From assembly GCA_008632985.1 (NCBI GenBank), contig QPGO01000119.1:186001-250000 (forward strand): a DNA stretch of 64,000 nucleotides. The letters are read 5' to 3'. A program made the position numbers and the translations under genes. This stretch comes from Psammoneis japonica. Taxonomy: Eukaryota. Of this stretch, positions 1-12,549 are shown piece by piece (the first letter of the stretch is position 1; each line of letters begins with the position of its first letter). The notes below the pieces were generated by a model. It did not search any database, was not told the origin of the DNA, and saw only the letters and a list, made by a program, of their open reading frames with translations.

Positions 1-199
1 TGAGTTCCCTCTATAAGTGATGTAAGAAAACAACAGCGCTAATGGGGAGCTTCCTCGATCTACAGTGTTTCTGTTGTGCAACAAAGACAATCGCCTTTTC
101 AGTTGAAGTTTTGCTCTCCTTTTCTCGGTTTTTCGGTGTTTCGCATGTTTTTGGTTTGGGCGGTAAAACTCTCTACTGTCTGTCACGCGTCCGTCTCAC

Positions 200-3100
200 G
201 AGTAGCAAGACCGGACCGCAAGGGGCCCGCCTTCAGAAAATGTCATGAGAGATGCCACACATCGACATGGACAATCATCTCCCGGCTCCACCACCTCTGG
301 ACAGCACTTTACCAGCATTTTCAGGTCTTGGAGCATCTTGGCATCGTCAATGCATCGCCTGCAAGCAACATCCAGAGGGTGCAGACCTGCCCCATTTCTT
401 TTGTTGAGCGCGGCCGGTCCGGCCTTTGCAAATGCTTTGACAACTTCAGATGGCAGACACTTCCCAAGAGCACAGTGAATGGGAAAATCACGTCATTGAA
501 GGAAACGATGGTTTTGTGTGGGAGTCACAAGGTCCTGTTGAAAACGGCGGGTCAGCATTCGAAGAACATGGGGAGATGGACATGCAAGACCCTCATGGCA
601 TTCCAAGTGCACATGCAAAGGACTCTGACACCATGCTCCATTGGTCATGCAAGGCATCCTTTTGGCAAGAAAGAGAATGATGTCAGTGCTGCAGTCATGA
701 ACGATTGCTGTGTGCAACGGAAGGCATTGTTCAAATCGAACTGTCAGACTGGCCACTCGACGGAAATGCTTTGTTGCTTCAGGACAAATTCGAGCCAAAG
801 ACTGGACTCTCTCCAGAGAAGCTTCATCATCTTTGTTCAGCTCTTCATGGAGTGCATCAGACATTTGCTGCAGGTCTTCTGGACGACGGTTTTGCATCGA
901 CACTGCCATGGTGAAGGCTGTGATGAATGCAAAAAATTTGAGCATGTTTTGAATGCGGACAGACTGTGGAGCGACGATGAAAAAGCAGAGCAGAGACCTT
1001 TGAAAGCAACTGGTGATCAAGTCTCGTGCCGACAAGAGCAACAAGAAATGACAAGCTGGTGGAGAGCAATGCTTCACACAACAGAGTGTTTCTAGATGTT
1101 GCAAGAGAAGCAGAGCTGGTCTCTGCTGCACTTCAAACTGCGACAGCAAAAGCACCACCACAGCAAGCCCATCAGCACCAGCCAAAAGATGTTGTGTCGT
1201 CCATCAGAAGACAGAGTTTCAGCCACGAGTGATGCAGAGAAATCAGCCACACAAGATGGGAAGAGCAGATCTCCAGTCATGAGATTGCATTTGAAAAAGG
1301 CGTTGGGCATCTCCTGCCATGGAGAGAGACAGAGAAGAGAGACAGGTGGCTGCAGCTTCATTTTGTGTGCTCTCCCCCAGCTCTCTCAACTGCTGTCTGT
1401 CTCTGGCGCAAGGGAGAGAGAAGTGCTCAAATGCAGCACTTCTTTTTGACAGCAGCTCCATCAAAGAAATGAAGTGCAACAATTTGGCAATTTTGCACAA
1501 AAGAAAGTTCTCTGGGTTCCTGCAGCAAACAAAAGACCAGTGCAAATTGAGCCCCCTGAGTGCAGCCCAAATTCACACTCCTTTTTTTTTAGAGAATTCT
1601 CACAGAACATCAGCTCAACCCAGAGTGCAGTGCACACAATGCACAGTGTCATCATCAGCTGCACCAGTGACATGATGACAAAGGCACTCACTTGTGCTCA
1701 GCTGGGGCTGCAAAGAACCTTTGTGTTTTGAGCACTTTGCACCAGGAGGCTGTCAGTGTGCAACTCTCAGCAGACAAGCATGGTCCTGGAGGGGTTGGGC
1801 TGTGGTTGGTGGAAAAGTCATGGACAGCGATGCTCACCAGCTGAGACTGGAGTTGGTGGATGGACTTTTGAGTTCTTGCAGACAGCTGGTTGCACCTCAA
1901 TGTGCTTTGGGAATGATGCACACACCAAACAATGGGGCCCCTTTGTCATGTTGTGGGGTTGGTGGCAGGCTGCTGGCGCACATGTGCTGCAGCAGAGGCG
2001 CGCAGCTCTTGGCATGGCATCTGATGCAAACAACACAGAAGCTGCACAGCCGGCTGAGCTGTTGTTCAACCTTCAAACTGCCACAATTCACCACACCAGT
2101 GACAATGTTGCTGCCATGACTGCAAATCCTGAAGCTCCCTTGATTGTGGCACACATGAGCTTGGTCACTCACTTTTTGAATTGGCCGATGAACACCCATG
2201 TGGGTGTGGTCACGACTCGTCACCAAACTGCGCTTCTAGCAAATCTTGTGACAAATGGTCTGGACGTGTTCCAGCCCCAGGTGACACACAAAATGACAAT
2301 TAACTTTGAACACAAATCATGCATCTCTCATGCATGGAGCATTTGCACAAAAATGCTTAAAAGGAGGGGTTTTTTACAGGTGTCTAGAGCATGAACATTC
2401 AACTGGTTTTTTCATTGGCGCGCAAGTCCTCATGGGGTGTGGGATGTGTGTCACAAACTCCCTCAGCAGACTCAACGCTGATTGCACATCAGTGCATTGC
2501 ATGCAGAGATTTGTGTGCAGGTGGAACTCATGCCAGAGAGCATTGTTGAAAAATCATTTGTGATTGCATCAAAACAATGGCAATGATTTTGCCAAAAGTC
2601 ATCCGTTGTGTTGCAGCTCATTTGTTGCAACAAAAAACACAGGTTGCACCAAAACAATGATGTTGCAACACTCGCGCAAGTCTTGTTGGTGTTGCAAAAC
2701 ATTTGCATTTGTAAAAATCCATGCTTTTGGTGGTGAAAGCTTGATCGCAAGTCAGGGACCATGAAAAAATCATGCAAATGTCATTTTTGTGCACGACTTG
2801 GTTCAGGTGTGGCTGGAACATGTCTCTGACCTCTTGGGGAGAGAAAACAAGCTGAAAGGCTACGATCAAGAAAGGTGCATTCCTGGGTGCGACAACTTGA
2901 ATGACTTGAGTTGTCCAGTTGGGGCTGTCAACAATCAACTCAGTTGCTGCATGCATTTGGCATTGACAAAAACAGCTCCGAGCTGCTGCAAAATTTTTGA
3001 TCCTTTCCCAAATCATTTGCCCAACTGTTGCCAGACTTCTGATTGCCAGAGTTGTGGCAGCTCAAGTTGCCCAAGTGAAGAGCTCCTGGCTGCACCCGGC

Positions 3101-4340
3101 TGCACAACAAATGACAAACCCGATGCAAAGCACATCCACGTTTCCTCTCCAGCGCCAGTGACAATTGCCCCTCCAAGATGAAGAAACAATGACAATCCGG
3201 TGATGCGATGACATTCCAAGTGAAAAGCTCTCCCCTGGAGGATTTGGGAATGTCTCAGAAATCTCAGGTTGTTGGTGAATTTGGTGGTCCCAGGGCTGCT
3301 GCCCGGCAAGGGGTGGAGAGACAAGAAACAGAACAATTGAAGTGCTGCTGCCTCCTCCAAGTGGCAGCACAAAATCAAAAGAAGAAGAGCCCCCTCCAAT
3401 CGTTGCTGCAGAATCCAAAGTTTTTGAGTTGGTCTTGGACAGCGTCCAGTCTGCCAAGCACCTCAGTTGAGGCAAAAACCTCAATTGAGGCAGTTTTTTG
3501 CCCCCCCCCCCCCCTGCTAAATCGCTGAAACCTTCACAGCCCCCAAGTGACATTGGCGCATTGTTCTCCATGCTTTAAAACCTCTTGGGGCAATGACTCG
3601 GCTCTTTGTTCACCATCAACCACACTTTTCTTCTTCACCTTGTTGGCATGCAAATGCGCGCATGCCAAAAATGCACAAATTTTGGGACTTTGATGATGAT
3701 GCAACCACCATTTTACAAACTCTGGGACTCTCTCAACAACCCACCTTCAAACAAAATCGTGAAACACAGCAAGGACGACCTTGTCATGGTGGCCCAAGTC
3801 TCGAAATCAAAGCGACAGTCAAGAAAAGGAGGGTTCAAGCAAAAAACACAAAAAAATGGCACCTCAAAAATCCGGGTCTGCAACGATGGCAAATCTGGGC
3901 TGCATGCGCCGCAGGCTGTCTTCTCTGTGACAACGGAAGCTCGCTGTTGTGTGCTGAGCTTTCAGGGAGCATTTTTTGCGACCGCAGCATCAGAGTTGTT
4001 GATGTCACAACAAACAACTGAGACCACCAATCCTTGTGTTGACCCATGTCACCAAAACACAACAATTGACAATGACAAGCACATGATGCACCAATGTGCA
4101 TTAAATGTGAGACGATGTGGTGGTTGAAAGCACGTCAAAGGGCTTTTCATGAATGTGATGGGCCATTTTCGCATCCCACGTTTGTGGCTAATTTGTGGAT
4201 CTCAAGATTGAAATTTGACACAGACAAGCACATTGCGCATGTAAAGCAAGGTGTCATGAGCAATGAAGTGGCTTCATTGTCATTGCAGACTGCTTTGCAC
4301 ACCGCAATGGGATTGACATCGTGGTCTCTCGTGTTGTTTG
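200..4340. repeat. TpA-depleted, TpG/CpA-rich degenerate block (repeat/TE-derived, family not assignable)
   Basis: Very few TA dinucleotides; many survivors are in ctag/ttaa/ttag contexts. Many overlapping Cys/His-rich, Tyr-free ORFs. Confidence 0.65.
240..950 (-). pseudogene. Degraded ankyrin-repeat-like coding remnant inside a TpA-depleted block
   Basis: The minus-strand translation has LPLHTAIVHDCSTDIILFL, SPLHVHL and LHPLDVAC-like motifs resembling ankyrin repeats. The frame is broken and Tyr-free. Confidence 0.3.
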
Positions 4341-4419
4341 CCAAAACAGCACGTTATTTTCTGTCTGCGGTGCGTTTCGCCTGCCTCAATTGAGGTAGAT
4401 TTTACTACCTCAATTGAGG
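3461..4419. mobile_element. Possible ~1-kb non-autonomous DNA element bounded by paired CCTCAATTGAGG palindromes
   Basis: The left end (3461-3493, cctcagttgagg-caaaaa-cctcaattgaggcag) resembles the reverse complement of the right end (4381-4419). The right end holds a perfect 15-bp hairpin (4384-4398 with 4405-4419). No TSD identified. Confidence 0.35.
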
Positions 4420-4509
4420 AAAAAACCCGGTAGACTCTCTAGACACTCTCTCTAGAGTCTAGCAGCTAGAGCTGAGTCTCAAAGGTGAGAAGTGTAACAG
4501 TCAATAGAT

Positions 4510-5845
4510 CGTGCAATCAAGTCGAAGGGGTCAAAAGATCACAAGATCTTCCGCTTTTTTTTTTTCGCGCGAAAGAAAAAAATCAGATCGCCATGACCTT
4601 GCGAATTCCCAGTTATGCTCTCTAGTAGTAGTGGCATGGGGTCAGAATTCCTCATGCATCATGATGCACAAGTAAGATTTCACTAGAAGAATGAACGCTA
4701 TCAAAGAAACTCCACCGTTTGTGGACCATGAAGATGATCCTCCGGAGCAGCAACTCGAGCCTCGAGCACACACAGCACAGAGCCACTTGACAACATGCTG
4801 AACGGAAACGTGGCGACAGAGTACTACAGGACAAACTATGTCGAGAATGAAGTATCATCATCTCCATGGGAGGAACAAGATAATGATGCGTTTTTAATGG
4901 CGTTGCGGGCTACATTCGACAATGGAAGCGAAAATGGTGGTTCGCCACAGCAGGCTCCTCGATCCGTTGTGAGAAGATCGATCGATTTTTCGGGTCTAAA
5001 ACAAGTTCCAGAAGAAGGATCTGAGGACGAGATTGAAACTGGTAAACAAGAGGAAGTAGCGATACATCAAGAAGGCTTTTCAGAGCGAGAAAAAACTGCG
5101 GAGAACAATAATGGAACTGATACTATGCCTACTACAGTCGTTGCATCTACTCGTTCATCTGATCTGACAATACAAAGAACTGGCACGATAGTTTTGACTG
5201 GATCAATCCTACCGCGGTTCGTTTTGGACTTCGGATATCTGCCATCTTGACGGCAAGTTTACTGTTTGTTCTTACGCAGCCACCCGATTCCCAATCGTAT
5301 CCACAAGGCGTTTGTGGGTATATTTCTGCCTGATGATGAGCTGGTTCCCAAACATGACTGCCGCTTCGGTGGGGGAAAGACCTTCCAACGTATTCTCTAG
5401 AGGGACATGCATTGGCGCATCTCTTGGTATTGGAGTGGGGTTTTTGTTCTCGGTGGCAGTGATATCCTTTTTATACTCGTTTGCAACCATTCAGTTCAAC
5501 TCTGCAAGTTGCTGTGCCTATTGATATTTGGTATTTCAGTGGTAATTCGAAATGGAAGAAAAGAGTCTTTAGAGCAATCAAGTTGTCGCAAAATTGGGGG
5601 CATAGGGAGGATTGTCCTTTGCCATTGTCCTGTGGCCAAAACATAACAAAAGAATGTTGCGCGACAAGATTGAAAAGGTACGTTTGGTTTCCTAGTTAGA
5701 AATTGCCATTGATGGCCTGTCGCTCACTCGAAAGCGGAGTTTATCTTCAATCTTTTCTCTGTGAAGCAAGTCAATTTGGCCGGCGATGTATCTCTACTCT
5801 CTAGCTAGTAGAGCTAGAGTTCCCATGCGGCTGACACACAGACTT
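4510..5845 (+). pseudogene. Truncated, frameshifted duplicate of the 5' part of the ALMT/FUSC gene at 10012
   Basis: High similarity to ~9840-11290 (e.g. ATEYY.TNYVENEV.SSPWEEQDNDAFLMALRATFDNGSE). It has frameshifts and internal deletions (including the intron-1 region) and ends near 5845. Confidence 0.85.
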
Positions 5846-6049
5846 CTTGGTGCGTTCGCGCGCAATGAATGATTCAAAGCCGCGATGTTTGGTCGCGATC
5901 GATGCGAACACACTTTTACCGGTATGTCGCACGATCGATGCGAACACTACTACTTTTCAATCTGTTCAACTCACAATGTACACACATTCTACACCTTTAA
6001 TTGCAACCATCATCAACAAACAAGTGTCTGGGATAAAGCAAAAGTAGCA

Positions 6050-7732
6050 ATGCCTGAGCCCAATGAGCAAGAACCACACGCAACTCGCCCCTCTCTGGTG
6101 GAGGACGACTACCATCGGTGCTTGACAGAGCTGGACGATCTGCTTCCCGGAAGCGAACTGGCTGTGTCAACGGAGACACTCATTCCTTTGACGGTGACAT
6201 CTTGCAATCCATCAAGTCTCGTGGAAAAGATCCTCTCCGTAGCAGATGCTTGCCTGGCGCAAAATGACTTTGTTGAGGCTCATTGTTGGTTTCGGTTTTT
6301 GGCAGCACTGAAAGAGCCACATGCAGACAATACCGCCGCAACTATTTCACTCATGTGGCAGGATTCCGGGAAGGTCCATGAGGCGGCAACGGTTTTGAGG
6401 GATGCGAGTATGACTGATCTCTCGCCTGAGCTTCAATCAATTGTGGATGATTCTCAGCAACAGCGAATCGATGCTTGGTCTCGTTCTCAAGTCAGTGGCG
6501 ATCCGTTAGCTCCCTTGCGAGGTGATGTGCAGTCTGTCATTCTCATGCTGCGCAAGCATTTCATTCGACAGACTTTTGCATGGCAGGAAAATCCAGAGCT
6601 CGAGAAAACACGAGCAGAATGTGCCAGTTCGCTCCTAGATATCTTCATGGGTTGGCGCTCTACTGCCATGGGCGACCCATCGAACAAGTTCGGCATTCGG
6701 GGCCTTCTCGATGACACCCCTCATAGTGACGCTATGCAGCCCAGTTGGGACAAGCACGGAAACTTCAACTTTGAAGAGCAACAAAAGGGTGGTTTTCTAT
6801 TCATGAGGTCCCTTCAGGATCCGGGGATACATCCCAATCAAATTGAAAACGCGTTGTACAATGAGCAGTTGCCCGGTTCACAGTTATGCACGGCCAAACT
6901 TTACTCCAAGCCATCGGTCCGCATTCCCTACAGCAAGTTTGTCAGCGTGGGCTCACTTCTAAACATGGATCATCTTGTGCGCTTCCAGGATCTTCCTTGT
7001 TCCTCATTTGTCAGTCAGTGTCATTTTGCTGTTTCTCATAGGTGGCAGTCACCCAAACACCCGGATCCAGACGGAAGTACGCTTCGCCGGCTCAAGTCTA
7101 TTCTGACTCAGGTTGACGGCATTTCATGGGATGACGGTGTTTTCATCGACTACTGCTGCATTCCACAGGATCCGTGCAGTGAAAAGGAAGCTGCGCAACG
7201 CCTTATTGCGTCGTCCTCCATGGACCAGCTGTACAAAAACGCCCATATCATTTTTCTTCCTTCGCAAGACTTTTTTGTTCGTTCTTGGTGCTGGCATGAA
7301 TTTGCTTGTTGGCTGTTCTCGCCGCGACCCACGCAGGCATTGTGCGACCACACGGGCGCCATTTTCAACACGCTGATGGAAGTCAGCCTCTTTCTTTTTA
7401 GAAAGCCAGTGTTTCTTCTCGATCGCGTCGAACTAGATAAATTCGAAGGAGCCTGGGGACTTTCTCATACACAAGCTAGCAAAAAGAATGACAAACATGT
7501 CATTCGAACAATGTGTGCGATGAATGTTCAAGAACAGCCGATGAGCGCATCGCTGATTGAGCTACTCACCACAATCGTGTGGAAATTGGAAACGTATTTG
7601 AGCGTTTCTTCGCCGGTAACCATTCCAAAGCAAGGAGTCGTAAGCACGAAGATGCAAGGTCATCCGGAAGCTGCGCTTACAAGAGAATATCCTGGACTGG
7701 AAGTGGCTTCTGGTTGCTGTGCGATTCTTTAG
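6050..7732 (+). CDS. HET (heterokaryon incompatibility)-like domain protein with helical N-terminus and C-terminal CaaX (CCAIL)
   Basis: Open frame; ATG 6050 is the likely start (frame open from 5885). Motifs AVSHRW..PKHPDPDG, VFIDYCCIPQ, MDQLY and RSWCWHE match the HET-like pattern. Confidence 0.7.
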   Translation: MPEPNEQEPHATRPSLVEDDYHRCLTELDDLLPGSELAVSTETLIPLTVTSCNPSSLVEKILSVADACLAQNDFVEAHCWFRFLAALKEPHADNTAATISLMWQDSGKVHEAATVLRDASMTDLSPELQSIVDDSQQQRIDAWSRSQVSGDPLAPLRGDVQSVILMLRKHFIRQTFAWQENPELEKTRAECASSLLDIFMGWRSTAMGDPSNKFGIRGLLDDTPHSDAMQPSWDKHGNFNFEEQQKGGFLFMRSLQDPGIHPNQIENALYNEQLPGSQLCTAKLYSKPSVRIPYSKFVSVGSLLNMDHLVRFQDLPCSSFVSQCHFAVSHRWQSPKHPDPDGSTLRRLKSILTQVDGISWDDGVFIDYCCIPQDPCSEKEAAQRLIASSSMDQLYKNAHIIFLPSQDFFVRSWCWHEFACWLFSPRPTQALCDHTGAIFNTLMEVSLFLFRKPVFLLDRVELDKFEGAWGLSHTQASKKNDKHVIRTMCAMNVQEQPMSASLIELLTTIVWKLETYLSVSSPVTIPKQGVVSTKMQGHPEAALTREYPGLEVASGCCAIL

Positions 7733-7799
7733 ATAATGCATGTTATAGCCCTACCTTATTCATTTCTGACAGCACCAGACAAGGATTGTAGAAAACGAA

Positions 7800-9660
7800 A
7801 AGAATGGCAAAGAAAATGACAAGAGCCCTGCCGTGTGTTGTGTTGTGGGAAGAGTCAACGTCATGGTCGTGCTCTTATCATTGCGTGCAAATTCAGATGT
7901 CCGCCATCAGGGCGCCACACCGGCACCTGGCAAATGCCCTTTTAGACGGGATGAACCACGGTCGCAAGGTGGCCGCCTGAGCCAAGGCAACTTCATGGCT
8001 TAATTTCACTTGGCTGGTGCATCTGTTTGCCCACACAAATGGTGGTTAAAGTCACTTTTAATGGGGCAATCCTCTTGATCGGCCAAAAAAGCAGGGGAGG
8101 CACAAAGCTCAAAGCGGAGCACTCAACTCCCGCTGACACCAACCACAAACTTTGACAGCATTGAAAAACATCCTCTGTTCATTGAAAGTGCCACACCCTG
8201 TTGCATGGATCCACTTTTGGAAGCCTTTGTGGTGCTGTGAAAGCCGACTGGCACTGGAGTGCATCACAGCATGCCAGCATTGCTCGTTGCCTCCCGCGTC
8301 CCTCTCTGCTCTGCAGCCTGGCTGCTCAACGTGCGTGTTGTTTTTACAAGGGCTTCATGTTGCTCTCAAGTTGTGTCATTGCATTGGACATTGCTGTGAG
8401 CCTGTTGCCATGCTTTCCAAGTCCACCTCTTCTTCTTTTCTTTCAACAGTGCACTGAGCTCCACACACACTCTGGGAAAGTGCTCTGGCACAGGAGAGTG
8501 TGGATGTGCAAGCAGCAACAGCATGGTGCAGCCACCCAATGGCTTTTGTCAACCTTCATCAACATGGCAATTTCAGCAAATGTTGATCTCCCTTTTGAGT
8601 CTGTGCAGCAAGAATGTCAGCCATGTGTCAACATCCTTTGGCTTGTTTCAGCACTGTCTTGTTCTCCCCAGCTGCAGCTCCCACCTTGGCGGGGCTTGGG
8701 GTTGAGAGTTGATTGAAGGTGGTGCCATTTTGGCAAGAAAAGTGGGCAGCATTTTTAGAGCTGGAAGTGGCAGTTCCAACATTGTTGTGTGGTGCCAACA
8801 TTTTCACATTTGCTTCTTGTTGCAGCATGGCACTGCTTCAAGTCAAAAGAAGATGTGGACGTGTTCCAGCTCTAGGTGGGACCTCGTACAACTGAACTGT
8901 GACATCGATAGTTTTTTTGATCGCGTCGTATGTCGCGCACGTAGATTTCTACGTGATTTTTTCGATAGTTTGTGTCATTTTACGGTACACTTATTGAGCG
9001 ATCCGTCCAACAACTTTTGACATTTTTTCTTACAGCGCGATTCTATAATGTCTTAAGAATCGCGTAGGGCAGGCGCATTTGCAAAAACGTCGAGTGGTAA
9101 GAGGCATAATTGTACCACAAACTTGGCCGTTTATTTGATGTTGAAGATAAAAATATCCATTAATTAAATTCTCGTACTACGGAGCTCGCACGTAGAATTC
9201 TACGGGCCCAATGTCACACGGAGTCCCACCTAGGGATGGAACGCGTCTGTGCTGCATCAAAACATTTGCTGGCTCACCTCCAGTGTGCTGTGCCTGCATT
9301 CTTGCCAAAGTCAAAACATCACTTGCTGACTTCCCCAATGGTCACAAAAGGAAATTGTGAAAGTCAACAGAGCACAACCCAGCAGCACAGCACTTTTGCT
9401 GCTGTGATTGCATTTTTTCTGCAAGAACTCGCTGGTGTCTTCCCATTGTCCTTGTCCACTTGTCACTCTGCCTCATGGAAGGAGGCAGTGTTTTGCTTTG
9501 CTGTGCACAGTTGTTTCCAAAGCAAGGTGAGTCTTTTCACACTTGGAAGGTGATGCGCCAATGCAAAAATCAGCATCCACATTTCTTCTTGACAGAGAGC
9601 TTTTTTCTTTTGGGGTTGCATTTTGTGCAAGTGAGTGGTGGTTTTGCAGATCAAATCATC
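7800..9660. repeat. TpA-depleted degenerate block (hosts the MITE at 8872-9233)
   Basis: Near absence of TA at ~8100-8870 and ~9235-9660. Confidence 0.6.
8872..9233. mobile_element. MITE-like element (~360 bp) with terminal inverted repeats; TSD either TA or CTAG
   Basis: ctaggtgggac at 8872 and gtcccacctag ending at 9233; further inverted match tgtgacat/atgtcaca; repeated subterminal cgcacgtaga(t/a)ttctacg at ~8936 and ~9187. Normal TpA content, unlike both flanks. Confidence 0.75.
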
Positions 9661-10011
9661 TTGAGTCTCTCTATGTGGCTTTGTGCTGTAGCTAGAGGTG
9701 TTCTCTCGAGTCATCCTCTACTGTACACTCTCTCCTCTCTACTCTAGAGACAGCTCTCTACCGGTGCTGTGTGGTGTGGCTGGTGGGGTTCGGTGTGCCG
9801 ATCGATTCTTCCTTCGCGGTCGCGAGAGCGAGGGAGAGCTCGCGCGATCAAGTCGAGGGGGTCAAAAGATCTCCTGCTGCTTTTTTTTTTCGCAACAACA
9901 AATCAGAACACCATGACCTTGCGAATTACAGTAAGATCGAACGATACGCCGTCGGCATGAGTTCAGAATTCCTCATGCATCACGAGGCACAAGTAAGATT
10001 TCAATAGAAGA

Positions 10012-11986
10012 ATGAGCGCTATCAAAGAAAATCCACCGTTTGTGGGTCATGAAGATGATCATCCGGAGCAGCAACACGAGCATACAGAGGCACTCGACAA
10101 CATGGGCAGACCCGTGGCGACAGAGTACTACACGACAAACTATGTCGAGAATGAAGTATTATCATCTCCATGGGAGGAACAAGATAATGATGCATTTTTA
10201 ATGGCGTTGCGGGCTACATTCGACAATGGAAGCGAAATTGGTGGTTCGCCGCAGCAGGCTCCTCGATCCGTTGTAAGAAGATCTATTGATTTTTCGGGTC
10301 TAAAACAAGTTCCAGAAGAAGGATCCGAGGACGAGATTGAAAGTGGTAAACAAGAGGAAGTAGCGATCCAACAAGAAAGCTTTTCAGAGCGAGAAAATAC
10401 TGTGGATAACAAAAATGGAACTGATACTGTGACTCCTACACTCGATGCAGTCACTCGTTCATCTGACAATACAAAGAACTGGCACGACAGTTTTGACTGG
10501 GTCAATCCAAACGCGGTTCGTTTTGGACTTCGGATATCTGTCGTGTTGACGGCAAGTTCACTGTTTGTTCTGGCGCAACCACCCGATTCCCAATCGTATC
10601 CACAAGGCGTTTGGGTGTATATTTCTGCCCTGATGGTAAGCTGGTTCCCCAACATGACTGCCGCTTCGGTGGTGGAAAAGACCTTTCAACGCATTTTAGG
10701 GACATGCATTGGCGCATCTCTTGGCATCGGAGTTGGATTTTTGTCTATTCTCTTTCCTGAATTTACGGGGCAGGCCATCTTTATTGGTATGTGCGAGTTT
10801 TATCGACACGACACAGCACTGTAGTGCTCATGCTCATGGTCATGTGTTATTGGTTTCTCGTTGTGAAGGTTTCTCGGTGGCCGTGATATCCTTTTTCTAC
10901 TCGTTTGCGACCGTTCAATTCACCTCTTTAATCTTTGGCAAGTACTCGTATGCAAGTCTGTTGTGCCTATTGACATTTGGTATTTCGGTATTGCCATTCT
11001 ATACCGACGACCATCCGAAATGGAAGAAAGGAGTCTTTAGAGTAATCAATGTTGTCGTTGGATGCACAATTGGTGGAATAGGGAGTATTGTCCTGTGGCC
11101 AAAATCTACAAAAAGAATGTTGCACGACAAGATTGAAAAGGTACGTTTTTTTGGTTTCTTAGTCAGATATTGTCGTTGATGGCCTGTCGCTCACTCGAAA
11201 GGCGATTATCTTTTTACGGTGTAGCAAGTCAAGTTGGCCGGCGAAGCATCCAGGGCTGTACTACTCTTTGCGGCTGACACGCAGACTCGGGGCCAAACGT
11301 TCCGAGCATCTCTTACTTCGGCAGCCGACATGTCCATGAGACGTCATACCAAATCGGGATATGCTGCGGACGACGATGGTGGCGATGCCTTGAACTTTGC
11401 GGCGCACGACAAGTACAATCAAGCATTGGCAGAATGGAAGGGGGTGAGCGGTGTGTTTCCACTTGCCAAGTGGGATCCATTTCTTCGTCTCTGTGGAGAC
11501 CCACAACGAGACGCCGAGTATCGAGAGCAAGTAGCTTTGACTCTGGCACGGGCGTTGCGCATTCAAACAACTGTCGTGATTTTGGATGGACTTGTGCGTA
11601 ACGACCAATCGGTAGAATTCACCTCGCGACAAGTAGAAACGATAAAGAGCATTGGACAATACATCAAGTCCATGTTGACACCACCGTATAATGCAGAGCA
11701 AACCGAATCAGCGGCAGAATTTCTACTCGACCGACTCGATGACATTCGTGAGTTTGTTTCCAACGAGGTCTTGGAAGTATCGGCCGCGTGCAACGCTCAT
11801 CGACGGCTCTTTAGCGGCAGCATGGGCAAAGAAGACTACAAGCGGCGTCTCAGTGATCAAAACGACCAGCTTCCCTTGTTGATTCGATCGCACGATACAT
11901 TGAAGGTTCTTTTCCTCCAACTTGTTGAACACTTGGTCGTGCGTTCCCTTCGATTGTACTACATTTGGCGACAAGTAGAAGAGTAG
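10012..11986 (+). CDS. Aluminium-activated malate transporter (ALMT)/FUSC-family membrane protein, 3 exons (10012-10786, 10869-11140, 11225-11986)
   Basis: GT-AG introns 10787-10868 and 11141-11224 join three ORFs in frame. Motifs RFGLRISVVL, KTFQRILGTCIGASLG and FRVINVVVGCTIGGIGSIVLWP are typical of ALMT/FUSC. Confidence 0.85.
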
Positions 11987-12549
11987 AGCGTTGCGGATGG
12001 GGGTCTGTGCTGTCGTCCTTCTTCGCGGCAAGGCGGATAAACTTGGTAATGGCATCAGAATGTGAACAACGCGAAAAAAGATTGGGTTGCTCCTTCGGTG
12101 CCGACTCCCTAGAAAAGGTTCTTGTTTGGTGCGAGCCACGCCCTAGTCATGAATACCAATGCTGCTTTGGTGGATTGCTCACAGAACCCCTAAGTTCTTT
12201 CCACATCGACTCTGGCTTCAAAGTATGTGGCCATGCCGCAGCATGGGGAGTTTCTTTGGAAAAATTGTCCTCTTCAGAACTACGGTGTTGACAGCTGTTT
12301 GCAACAGCTGTGCCGGAGCTATTGTCGAATGATAGAGATGACCAATGGCCATTGAAATAAGGTCCCAAGTCTCGATGAAGCGATTATAATTGAATGTTCA
12401 GCGATTGGAAGACTGCATGTGTCGAAACAAAGGATGAGATAAAAAACATACAGGTATTGCATGGAAGAGTGGAGAGAGATGTTTTAGATTATTCACGTTA
12501 GAGTTGCCCGTTACTATCTTGCGGCAGGTCAGTTGCATATGGGGACGTT

